From positions 939,263 through 1,003,262 of the forward strand of contig CAWFCE010000002.1 in NCBI GenBank assembly GCA_963814275.1: 64,000 nt of DNA. Direction: 5' to 3'. A program made the translations under genes and the position numbers. A model generated the notes under the pieces. The model was not told the DNA's origin and did not search any database. It saw only the letters and a list, made by a program, of their open reading frames with translations. The stretch is from Candidatus Parcubacteria bacterium (lineage in GTDB: Bacteria > Patescibacteriota > Patescibacteriia > Patescibacteriales > UBA12075). Position 1 is the first letter of the stretch. Every line of letters starts with the position of its first letter. Of the stretch, positions 1-8,651 are shown piece by piece.

Positions 1-25
1 ATCAGACATAACGCTTCAAATACCA

Positions 26-58
26 AGACGCCCCCGGCCATCCGGGGGCGTCTTTATT
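26..58 (+). terminator. Rho-independent terminator of an upstream off-window + strand gene
   Basis: Perfect 12-bp stem AGACGCCCCCGG / CCGGGGGCGTCT with a CCAT loop, followed by TTATT. Confidence 0.6.
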
Positions 59-307
59 ATAATATATTATCAATACACCGCAACGCGCCGGCTATTACGG
101 CGATAAATACTGTTGATAAGTCTGGGTCATTTGTTCGATTTTGACATTAATGTACTTTATTCCGGAGAAATCATTTTGGATAGCTTAAGTCAGTCTGCAA
201 GATTAAGGTCAAATTTGGGTTTAAATAGCAGAAATTCGGGCGCTTGGCAGTTTTCCACTGTTTTTCCTTGACGATATGCACTGAAATTTGCGATAATATA
301 CGGGATA

Positions 308-356
308 GTTGAAAGTTGAAAGTTGAAAGTTGAAAGTATAAAGTTGAAAGTAGAGA
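308..356. repeat. Heptamer tandem repeat (GTTGAAA)n
   Basis: GTTGAAA x4 perfect, then GTATAAA, GTTGAAA and GTAGAGA, directly upstream of the first surface-protein gene. Confidence 0.85.
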
Positions 357-406
357 TTTTATAATATAGTGATGGGTAATATTTTTTATTAATAATTTAT
401 AATTTT

Positions 407-2227
407 ATGAAGTTAACCCCAAGCTTAAGGAGGGCATTTTATCGATTTTTGCATGTCGCAACCATGCTGGTTTTAATTTTTAATATGTCGTTGATGGGGG
501 TGTTTTTTATTAATACGAAAAACCCTGTTATCGCAAGTGAAAATAATTCCGAAGACGATGTATGTATAGTGTCCGACTTTGATAATGACGGTTTTAGTAC
601 GAATAGTGAATGTAATGAACTGATTGATTGCAATGATGAAAACCCCGCTGTTAATCCGGGGGCGTTAGAAATATGCGATGATGGGGTTGATAATAATTGT
701 GATGGACAAATTGATGAAGGTTGTGACTGTTCTGACGTTGATAGCGATACGGCATGTGATATTGATGACAATTGCATGGGAACTTCGAATGAAGATCAGG
801 CAGACACAGATCAGGATGGCCTGGGCGATGCCTGTGATAATTGCGCAACTGTATCCAATGACGACCAGGCAGACAGCGACGAGGACGGGATAGGAGATGT
901 TTGCGATAATTGTCCAAATGATCCGAACCCGGATCAGGCGGATGATGATCTAAACGGCGTTGGCAACGCCTGCGAAGCGGCTTCGTCAGAATGCGGAAAC
1001 AAAACGCTTGAATCAGGAGTAGCATGTGAATTTGACAGTGACTGCCCAGTTGATTATATCTGCAATAGTTGCGTCTGTGAACAAGAGGCTGTCCCGTTAG
1101 GCTCTATACAAGGCTGCAAATGGGATGACGAAAACGGCAACGGAATTTGGGAAGGAGAGGATAATCCGCCGGGAAATACCGCCACTTCAACATACGAAAA
1201 CAATAAATTGGCCAACTGGCAGATCGTGCTTAAACAGGACAACCAGATTATTATGTCAACGACAACTAATCCATACACCCCCAATTATGGCTGTTATATA
1301 TTTAATAATGTACCTGTGGGTGAATATGAAATAAGCGAAGTGGTACAGGATGGCTGGGTGCAAACCTATCCTAATGCGACAAATGCGAGTAGTATATTAA
1401 ATCCTGATGGAGTGACTTATTCATACAGTTTGAATGTAAATACCGGAGATCATCTGGTCCATTATGATTTTGGGAACCATAATGTTGGACCGATTTGCGG
1501 TGACGACAGCTGTAACGGAGATGAAACCTGCGGGACTTGCCAGGAGGATTGCGGCGAGTGTGCGGTGTATGTACCGGAATGTGGCAATGGCCGGATCGAT
1601 CCCGGTGAGGAGTGTGATGGCGCTGATACGCCGGAAAACAGGGAATGTAATGATGATTGCACATTGGTGCCGCTAAGAACCACTCTCTTCCCCACCAATC
1701 GCACAGGTTCGACCGTCAGCCAGCCGTCATCCGTGCCGCCGGCCGGCGAGCCGCCTGTGGTCGCGGGCGAGGAAGGGGAGCCGGTGCTGACAATCCACAA
1801 GAGCGTGGATAGGGACTTCGTCAATCCCGGCGAGAAGAATATCGAATATACCGTAACAGTGTCAAATTCCGGCAACCTAGCCGCCTTCGCGGTCGTCCTG
1901 ACCGATAATCTGCCGGATGTGCTGGCATACAGCGATGACGGCAGTACCGCACGCACCTGGGAGCTGGGTGATATCGCACCGGGCGAAAGCAAGGCTATAT
2001 CCTTCAAGGCGGATCTCAGCGACGACGTAACACCGGGCAAAGTCGCCAATATGGCCAGCGCCAGCGCCGCCAACTTCGGCGAAGTGAGCGACTCGGTCGA
2101 GATCGAAGTGCGCGAGATCGCCGTCCTGGCCGAAACCGGCTTCAGCCTGAGTGAATTCATCCTCCTCGTATTCGCCGCCGCGTTTCTCTCCGGCACAGCC
2201 CTGGTCCTCAAAAGGCGGATCGCATAA
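407..2227 (+). CDS. LAETG-anchored multidomain surface protein (Cys/Asp metal-binding motif, thrombospondin type-3-like repeats, SdrD-B/Cna-B-like domain, DUF11-like repeat)
   Basis: 606-aa ORF. N-terminal hydrophobic signal/anchor VATMLVLIFNMSLMGVFFI. Metal-binding-type motif DCNDENPAVNPGALEICDDGVDNNCDG. Ca-binding TSP3-like repeats DQDGLGDACDNC and DEDGIGDVCDNCPNDPNPDQ. Beta-sandwich signature GCKWDDENGNG...VPVGEYEISE. DUF11-type LTIHKSVDR...VTVSNSGNL. C-terminal LAETG (2126-2140), then a hydrophobic helix and KRRIA. Confidence 0.85.
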   Translation: MKLTPSLRRAFYRFLHVATMLVLIFNMSLMGVFFINTKNPVIASENNSEDDVCIVSDFDNDGFSTNSECNELIDCNDENPAVNPGALEICDDGVDNNCDGQIDEGCDCSDVDSDTACDIDDNCMGTSNEDQADTDQDGLGDACDNCATVSNDDQADSDEDGIGDVCDNCPNDPNPDQADDDLNGVGNACEAASSECGNKTLESGVACEFDSDCPVDYICNSCVCEQEAVPLGSIQGCKWDDENGNGIWEGEDNPPGNTATSTYENNKLANWQIVLKQDNQIIMSTTTNPYTPNYGCYIFNNVPVGEYEISEVVQDGWVQTYPNATNASSILNPDGVTYSYSLNVNTGDHLVHYDFGNHNVGPICGDDSCNGDETCGTCQEDCGECAVYVPECGNGRIDPGEECDGADTPENRECNDDCTLVPLRTTLFPTNRTGSTVSQPSSVPPAGEPPVVAGEEGEPVLTIHKSVDRDFVNPGEKNIEYTVTVSNSGNLAAFAVVLTDNLPDVLAYSDDGSTARTWELGDIAPGESKAISFKADLSDDVTPGKVANMASASAANFGEVSDSVEIEVREIAVLAETGFSLSEFILLVFAAAFLSGTALVLKRRIA

Positions 2228-2250
2228 TAGCAAAACAATTTAAAATAGAC

Positions 2251-2279
2251 AAAAACTCCCGGTAGTCCGGGAGTTTTTT
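2251..2279 (+). terminator. Rho-independent terminator
   Basis: Stem CTCCCGG / CCGGGAG with a TAGT loop, flanked by an A-run and followed by TTTTTT. Confidence 0.7.
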
Positions 2280-2330
2280 ATATTGCCATCGTTTTAGATT
2301 GTTTTTACAGAGAGTGGCTGGCCAGTGAAG

Positions 2331-2669
2331 CCCCATCGCAAGTTTTTTTAACCTGTCATTGCGGGTCCCGAAGCCTTGTGGCGCTGTAACCCCGTCGCGT
2401 TTTTTTAACCTGTCATTGCGAGCGACAGAAAAAATTATTGTTTATTAACCGATTTTGATTAAGTTCTATGAAGTTGCTTCCGCATACGTGAAGTCGCGAA
2501 GCAATCCCGAGGCGCGAGGAACCAGCCTTATTTACCCCTCTGTTATCAACGCCTTTTGTATTGTGGCACGGGATTGCTTCGCGACTCCATGACCGAAAAA
2601 TATACCAATCAGATCGTTATCGCAACCGCCAGAAGCTAATATGTATTTGCGGTCGCTCGCAATGACAGA
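2331..2669. repeat. MITE-like element with direct and nested inverted repeats
   Basis: Direct repeat TTTTTTTAACCTGTCATTGCG at about 2343 and about 2400. Outer inverted repeat TGTCATTGCGAGCGAC (2411) / GTCGCTCGCAATGACA (2652). Inner inverted repeat AGTCGCGAAGCAATCCCG (2492) / CGGGATTGCTTCGCGACT (2569). Confidence 0.7.
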
Positions 2670-2884
2670 TTAATATGGATTACTTCGCAATAACAGTATA
2701 TATTAACATAATCGCGTCACCGCCCGTTCTTAACAGCCGCTACCTGCTATCTGTTTACTGTTTTCAAAATTTAATAAATTCATAATTTTTGTATAATCTA
2801 TGGTTAATTTGGGTATTATATACTTTGTGTATAAGTAAAAATCGAATTTACATACAACATAATAAATAGCTAATACCCAATAAT

Positions 2885-4849
2885 ATGCCTTTGATCCAGG
2901 ACAAGAAGAGGGGATTGTTTATAAACTTTACGATTTCATTCGTATTGGCCGTTTTTTTGTTAAACATGTCGTTTGTCTACATGTTTTTATTTTTGCCGTT
3001 CAATGCCAGCGCCGGTGAGCAGAATCCGGACACTGACGGTTTCGGCGGGGTTATTCTTGTCAAGAAATATATTGACGCCGATGGTTCGGCCGCGACCGAT
3101 GGCGACCGCGAGCTGGCAAGCTCAACCCAGTGGGAATTCACCCTGACACAAGGGACCAGCACTATTACCCAGGAGACCATAGACGGAAAAACCACTTTTA
3201 GCGGCCTAAAGGCCGGACAATACACTTTGGCCGAAAGGCCGCAAGCCGGCTACGCGCCGCTATTGCCCGCCACCGGCTCATCCACCTTTATGCTCGCCCA
3301 GGGAGCCGAATTGACCATGGTTTTCGTGAATTATCGCCCAGAAACGCCGCCGGTCGAGACGCCGGGCGGGTTGATCACGGTGAAAAAATACATTGATTCG
3401 GACGGATTGGCTTCCACTACCGGCGACCGCGAGCTGGCGACATCAAGCCCATGGGAATTCACCCTGCAACACGGCGCCACCAGTACCGTCCAGTCGACCG
3501 TGAACGGGCAAACCAGCTTCGATATGCTGACAGCCGGAACCTATAATATTTTCGAAACACCGAAACCGGGTTTCGCGCCCCTTGATCCGGGCAACGGCTC
3601 GACAACTATAATACTGGCCCAGGGCGGGGAAGCGGCCATCAAATTCGTGAATTACCAGACGAAGGAAGTGCCGCTCGGGTCCATAACGGTGCGTAAATTC
3701 AAAGATACGGACGGATTGGCCTCGACAACCGCAGACCGCAGCCTGGTTTCGAACGTATGGCAATTCAAGCTGACCGGCGCGGCCACTTCTACCAAGAATA
3801 CCGTGAATGGCACGGCGGTTTTCGACAAACTGCCGCCCGGCGATTATACCGTTACCGAGACGCTCTTGTCCGGCTGGACCCGGGTAGATCCGGCGAACGG
3901 CATCGCGACCACCAGCCTCTTGGAAGGAGAGAATGTAACGCTTGATTTCGCTAATTTCGAAAAACCGACCGAAAATGGTGGCGGCGGTAGCAGCGGAGGC
4001 GGCGGCGGTAGCAGCGGAGGCGGCGGAGGCGGCGGCGGATTGCCTCCGGACGAGATCAGCACCCCGCAAATCGCGGAAACCGGCTGTGACTTCGCTATGG
4101 TTTCCTGGACCACTACCCGGATGTCAAGTTCCCGGGTCGTCTACGATAACGTCTCGCATTCCGACCTTTCCGGCACCTCAGCGCCCGATTACGGCTATGC
4201 CCACAGCACTGTCGAAGATACCGCCGCGGTTACCAGCCATGATATATCTATAATCGGCTTGTCTCCCGGCACCATATACTATATGCGCCCGATATCGACT
4301 GACGGCAGCACCCAGATCGGCAATGAGATCGCGTTTCTGACCTCTCCGGTAAGCGAATGCGTCGCCGGCGAGGAAGGCGCGCCGATATTGACCATCGAAA
4401 AAAGCGCCAGCCCGACCAATCTGGACGCCGGCGCCAGCACAGTCTTTACCGTCAAAGTATCCAATATCGGCAATCTGACTGCCTTCAACGTTACGCTCCA
4501 TGATGTTTTGCCCGATATGCTGACATTCGCCGACACCAAAGGCGCCATCAAAGATATACCATTGGGCGATATCGCTCCGGACGGCAGCAAGACCGTCACC
4601 CTTGATGCCATAGTGTCAAAAGACGCCAAGGCGGGCAATTATGTCAATGTCGCGACCGCCCAGGCGGACAACAACGGGCCAGTCTCGGATACCGCCAGCG
4701 TTACGGTCCGGGAGAGCCAGGTATTGGCGGAAACCGGCTTCAGCAAAATCGAATTTATCGGGTTATTGGGAGCGATCGTAGCAGCTGCCGGTGCCGCGTT
4801 CGGGTTAAAGAGAAAACTGACAACCTTATCAGGAATTAGTATTTGGTAA
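2885..4849 (+). CDS. LAETG-anchored surface protein with three SdrD-B/Cna-B-like repeats, a Gly/Ser linker, an FN3-like domain and a DUF11-like repeat
   Basis: 654-aa ORF with an N-terminal TM/signal. Three about 105-aa repeats (VKKYIDADGSAATDGDRELASSTQWEFTL / VKKYIDSDGLASTTGDRELATSSPWEFTL / VRKFKDTDGLASTTADRSLVSNVWQFKL). GGGGSSGGGGGSSGGGGGGGG linker. DUF11-like LTIEKSASP...VKVSNIGNL. LAETG at 4724-4738, then a hydrophobic helix and KRK. Confidence 0.85.
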   Translation: MPLIQDKKRGLFINFTISFVLAVFLLNMSFVYMFLFLPFNASAGEQNPDTDGFGGVILVKKYIDADGSAATDGDRELASSTQWEFTLTQGTSTITQETIDGKTTFSGLKAGQYTLAERPQAGYAPLLPATGSSTFMLAQGAELTMVFVNYRPETPPVETPGGLITVKKYIDSDGLASTTGDRELATSSPWEFTLQHGATSTVQSTVNGQTSFDMLTAGTYNIFETPKPGFAPLDPGNGSTTIILAQGGEAAIKFVNYQTKEVPLGSITVRKFKDTDGLASTTADRSLVSNVWQFKLTGAATSTKNTVNGTAVFDKLPPGDYTVTETLLSGWTRVDPANGIATTSLLEGENVTLDFANFEKPTENGGGGSSGGGGGSSGGGGGGGGLPPDEISTPQIAETGCDFAMVSWTTTRMSSSRVVYDNVSHSDLSGTSAPDYGYAHSTVEDTAAVTSHDISIIGLSPGTIYYMRPISTDGSTQIGNEIAFLTSPVSECVAGEEGAPILTIEKSASPTNLDAGASTVFTVKVSNIGNLTAFNVTLHDVLPDMLTFADTKGAIKDIPLGDIAPDGSKTVTLDAIVSKDAKAGNYVNVATAQADNNGPVSDTASVTVRESQVLAETGFSKIEFIGLLGAIVAAAGAAFGLKRKLTTLSGISIW

Positions 4850-4894
4850 TTAAGAACGCAATCCCACCGCCCACAATCTCCCCCCAACCTACAA

Positions 4895-5038
4895 CCCTAC
4901 AACCCTACCGCCCTACCGCCCTACAACCCTACCGCCCTAACCCCCTACAACCCTACCGCCCTACCGCCCTACAACCCTACCGCCCTAACCCCCTACAACC
5001 CTACCGCCCTAACCCCCTACAACCCTACAGCCCTAACC
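4895..5038. repeat. 24-bp tandem repeat x6 (C-rich on + strand)
   Basis: Units CCCTACAACCCTACCGCCCTA(CCG/ACC) at 4895, 4919, 4943, 4967, 4991 and 5015; the last carries one substitution. A partial unit lies upstream. Same word family, reverse-complemented, as 41084-41201. Confidence 0.95.
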
Positions 5039-5210
5039 CCCAACTATCTTATCAACTATTTAATATAATATTAACTTTTATTTCATATTAGCTTAATTGC
5101 CACATGATAAAGTTTAATTAAATCATTATCATAAGTTAATAAAAATATAGCCAAAATATTAACAAACGGCAATGGAGTTTAATGAAAATAAAATATTATA
5201 TTGAAACACT

Positions 5211-5453
5211 ATGTCCGAGCACGCCTATAAATATATCTGGCGATGCGCGAAATGCGGAAATCATTTCGTCAACATCACCAAAGCGGAAGGAATATTGAAG
5301 CAGGAGAAAAAATGCCCAAAATGCAAATCACTGAACATCCTCACCCTGGCTGACAAGGAAATTTATATCCAGTGCACATTCCATGATCCCCGGATGAACG
5401 GGTATTCCGGCGAAGCGGAAGAGAGCTACCCTTATCCGGTAATAGGCAATTGA
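5211..5453 (+). CDS. Small zinc-ribbon protein (hypothetical)
   Basis: 80-aa ORF with two CxxC pairs (CAKCGN ... CPKCKS). No other recognisable motif. Confidence 0.5.
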   Translation: MSEHAYKYIWRCAKCGNHFVNITKAEGILKQEKKCPKCKSLNILTLADKEIYIQCTFHDPRMNGYSGEAEESYPYPVIGN

Positions 5454-5512
5454 AGCGCCCATTACAATTCATGATCCAGGACAGGCATACATGTTTCAAT
5501 TAGCAAACATAA

Positions 5513-5596
5513 ACGCCTTTAGGAACTATCTTGTTTTGACTGCGCGCAAAAACCTTTTTATGCGCAGCAAAATAAGATAGCTTTTAAAGGCGTTTT
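5513..5596 (+). terminator. Long imperfect palindrome / terminator hairpin
   Basis: ACGCCTTTA..TATCTTGTTTTGACTGCGC pairs with GCGCAGCAAAATAAGATA..TAAAGGCGT (about 30 bp with G-U pairs and one internal loop), followed by TTTT. Confidence 0.6.
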
Positions 5597-6036
5597 ATAT
5601 AAGATCAATCAAGTAAATATTAACGATCATTATAATCAATTCCTGTATCTGCTTTTGAATTATAGCTTAACCGCGGATTTAACGCAGAAATTAGTATTGA
5701 GGTAAAACATAAAATAAAGTACCAATGTTTATCCGCGTAAAATCAGCGGCAAAACGTTCCAGAAAGCAGAATCCCGATAAAATTTGAAGTCTAAAAAATG
5801 TTCTTTTCTTATTATTAATAAATTTACATAATAACCGGACGGGATTAACTTGTTCGGGGTAAGCCAAAGGTCGACCCCTTGCCAGAAACGAGGGATAAAA
5901 ATATATTCCTTGGCATTTCCAAAAAATATTTTCGGAAATATCAGGGAAGGTAAAAAACAAAAAAGAAATTAAAAAATAATAATAGGCCGGCAGGTATATT
6001 GCCTATAGGGCAATCTATCACCGGCAAAAAAACAAT

Positions 6037-6873
6037 ATGATAAAAAAGCTAACATTTATTTCAGCGATCGTTTTTATGCTCGCTTTCTCGGTATTGCCGG
6101 CTTTAGCCTCCCTGGATCTTAATGTGGCGTGGAACGACAACCAGGCTGAAGTTGAGAATCAAGTATCGGCTCAGGCCAATACCGGCACGAATTATGCCGA
6201 CGGCAGTTACGGCGGCAGCGGCGGCAGCGGCGGCGATATCAATAATGGTCGTGTGCGTGATTATAAAGGGCCGGTTGTTTTTTCTGACAATCTGGACGCC
6301 CAAAGCTTCGATAATTTCAACGAAGGCGGCAGTGATGGCGATGTCAGGGACAGCTCAACCGGAAGCGGCGGTGCCGGTGGCAATGGCGCGGCTGGCGGGA
6401 CAGTCTATACCGGCGCGGCGGATGCCTCAGCCGGCGTCGACAACACGGTCAATTCCAACCTGACCGAGATCGAAGCCTGCCCGTGCGATACCGGTACCTG
6501 CGACCAGGTAATTGAAGATGGCGACGGTGAAACGCAAGTAGTTCCTGTCGAGGACCATTTCCTCGGATTATTCCCTCTGCGCGCTAATGTAGTCGTGAAC
6601 AGGAATTCGGGCGCATTGGCCAATGGTGTTGATGCCCAGGCGAATACCGGCGATAATATTGCCGATGGCAGCTATGGCGGACGCGGCGGACGCGGCGGTG
6701 ATATCTCCAATAGCGGAGAAGATGTAGATACGGCAACCACCGGCGACGGCGGCGCGGCCGGTAACGGCGGCGATGGCGGATTGGTAACTACCGATACGTC
6801 AACCTCCCAGGCCGGCGCGGTCAATCTGGTGAATTCCAATGTTACCCGCATCACCCGGACACAGCAACAGTAA
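6037..6873 (+). CDS. Secreted glycine-rich 'ANTG-repeat' protein (two modules), uncharacterised family
   Basis: 278 aa with signal peptide MIKKLTFISAIVFMLAFSVLPALA. Module 1 is NVAWNDNQAEVENQVSAQANTGTNYADGSYGGSGGSGGDI...VNSNLTEIEACPC. Module 2 is NVVVNRNSGALANGVDAQANTGDNIADGSYGGRGGRGGDI...VNSNVTRI. Paralogous to the C-terminal half of the next gene. Confidence 0.8.
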   Translation: MIKKLTFISAIVFMLAFSVLPALASLDLNVAWNDNQAEVENQVSAQANTGTNYADGSYGGSGGSGGDINNGRVRDYKGPVVFSDNLDAQSFDNFNEGGSDGDVRDSSTGSGGAGGNGAAGGTVYTGAADASAGVDNTVNSNLTEIEACPCDTGTCDQVIEDGDGETQVVPVEDHFLGLFPLRANVVVNRNSGALANGVDAQANTGDNIADGSYGGRGGRGGDISNSGEDVDTATTGDGGAAGNGGDGGLVTTDTSTSQAGAVNLVNSNVTRITRTQQQ

Positions 6874-7018
6874 TCGTATAATAGGCACGAATCCGGGGGG
6901 AGGGTTAATCCCTTCCCCCGGGTAGAAATAAAAATACATAAAGATAAGCAATAATACAAACTAAACCGTTAAAAAGGTCGAATCCTTAAAAAATTAAGAA
7001 GAAATAACCGATAACAAT

Positions 7019-8404
7019 ATGAAAAAAATCATTGCAATTACCGCGATGTTTTCCATGGCCGTATATTCACTGGCGATTTCTTTCCCGGTGTTGGCCCAGG
7101 AAGTAGGGCCTGAACCGAATCCGACGATCAGCGAAGCCTGTGGACTGGATATCGCTTTACTCCTGGATATGACCGGCAGTATCGAAAGCGCGGGCCAGAC
7201 GGCGACCGTTAAGAATGCGGCCAAAGGTTTTGTAGACGCGCTTTTGCCGTCAACCCCGACCTTGATCGGCTTGGTACAGTTTTCCAACGGAACCGCTTCG
7301 CAGGTCAATGACCTTTCGGGCGACGCTTCGACTATCGACAGCAATATCGATGGCTTGTCGGCGGCCGGGACGACGAACTGGCAGCAAGCGCTGCAGCTTG
7401 GCACGGCTATGCTCGAAGGCGGACTGGATCGCGACGATACCCAGCATCCCGATCTGATACTTATCATTACGGATGGCAATCCGAATGTACCGACCGATGA
7501 AACAGTTGCGCTCGATGCCGCTATTACCGCGGCCAATGCGGCGAAAACCTCTTCCGCGACATTGCCGATCAGGATCATGGCGATCGGGATAGGTGACGTG
7601 AATCTGTCCAATCTGGAGGATATTTCCGGTACCAACGTGAGCGACGGTACGAACATTACGATCAACACGGATGTGATAACCGGCAATTTCGACAATCTGG
7701 ACCAGTTCTTGTCCGATCTGGCCAGTACGATGTGCGAACAGCCTCAACCACCGACTAATTGCTGCAACCAGACGAACGAGGTTAATATGATTTTCAATTG
7801 GAATGAAGCGGAGGTGCAGAATGAGGTCAGCGCGCAAGCCAATACCGGCGGAAATTATGCCGGCGGCAGTTATGGCGGCAGTGGCGGCAGCGGCGGCGAT
7901 ATCAGGAACAGGGATGACGGAGAGGTGCGTGATAGCACGACCGGCAGCGGCGGCACGGGAGGAAACAGCGCGATCGGCGGAACGATCTATACCGGGGACG
8001 CCTCATCGAGCGCGTTCGTCGATAATACGGTCAATTCCAATCTGACCGAGATCCAGGGCTGTCCCTGCCCGTCATCTACGGACGAAGGCAGTGTATGCAG
8101 CGACTGCAGCTCGAATCCGTTGCATCTCAATGTGGTTGCCAACCACAATGATGCCAGAGTAGCCAGCCGGGTCTTGAGCCAGGCTGATACCGGTAATAAT
8201 GCAGCGGATGGCAGTTATGCCGGTAAAGGCGGCAGTGGTGGTGATATTTCCAATGGCGGCGAAGATGTAGATACGGCAGCAACCGGTGACGGCGGCGACG
8301 GCGGAACAGGCGGACCAGGCGGGTATGTATCGACCGGACGGTCAGTCTCGCGTTCCGGAGCGGTAAACGTGATCAACACCAATGTAACCAGATTATTGCG
8401 CTAA
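7019..8404 (+). CDS. Secreted vWA-domain protein fused to two 'ANTG-repeat' modules
   Basis: 461 aa with signal peptide ...SLAISFPVLAQE. vWA/MIDAS-type motifs DIALLLDMTGS, AAGTTNW and LILIITDGNPN. C-terminal half is NWNEAEVQNEVSAQANTGGNYAGGSYGGSGGSGGDI...NSNLTEIQGCPC plus NVVANHNDARVASRVLSQADTGNNAADGSYAGKGGSGGDI...NTNVTRLLR. Confidence 0.85.
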   Translation: MKKIIAITAMFSMAVYSLAISFPVLAQEVGPEPNPTISEACGLDIALLLDMTGSIESAGQTATVKNAAKGFVDALLPSTPTLIGLVQFSNGTASQVNDLSGDASTIDSNIDGLSAAGTTNWQQALQLGTAMLEGGLDRDDTQHPDLILIITDGNPNVPTDETVALDAAITAANAAKTSSATLPIRIMAIGIGDVNLSNLEDISGTNVSDGTNITINTDVITGNFDNLDQFLSDLASTMCEQPQPPTNCCNQTNEVNMIFNWNEAEVQNEVSAQANTGGNYAGGSYGGSGGSGGDIRNRDDGEVRDSTTGSGGTGGNSAIGGTIYTGDASSSAFVDNTVNSNLTEIQGCPCPSSTDEGSVCSDCSSNPLHLNVVANHNDARVASRVLSQADTGNNAADGSYAGKGGSGGDISNGGEDVDTAATGDGGDGGTGGPGGYVSTGRSVSRSGAVNVINTNVTRLLR

Positions 8405-8651
8405 CAATCGAAGGAGAATAGGCCGGTGCTTACCGGCCTTCCCGCCCGGGTAATGGAGGGAATATATCCGGGCGGGCCTTCCGGTAAGTCAATTAATAGG
8501 AATTGTAAAATTGGCGTACATTTTCATTTTAAATATGTTTCTTGCGGCTTATATCCACATCCGCGGATGCGACGCGGATCAAGACGCGGATTTTACGCGG
8601 ATTCACAATTCCCAATTTAATAATTGATTGGCCTGAAGGCAATAGTTATTT

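Noticed and set aside
4070-4084. Internal IAETG in the second surface protein as an additional sorting or cleavage signal
   Set aside because: It is not followed by a hydrophobic helix and basic tail. It lies at the start of the FN3-like domain right after the Gly/Ser linker, and is most likely coincidental.
4843-5091. 82-aa ORF encoding an LQPYRPTA/LQPYRPNP octapeptide repeat
   Set aside because: It is simply the translation of the 24-bp tandem DNA repeat. It has no RBS or signal, the ORF overlaps the stop of the upstream gene, and the same repeat occurs reverse-complemented at 41084-41201 outside any ORF.
5691-5960. 89-aa minus-strand ORF in the spacer before the ANTG operon
   Set aside because: It lies in an AT-rich spacer full of CCGCGGAT-type words. 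It has no RBS, a Phe/Ile/Arg-rich low-complexity product, and a start inside the promoter region of the divergent gene. Judged spurious.
8426-8620. 64-aa ORF between the vWA gene and the next ANTG-family gene
   Set aside because: It spans two terminator-like GC hairpins and a CGCGGAT word-repeat tract, has no RBS, and has an implausible composition.
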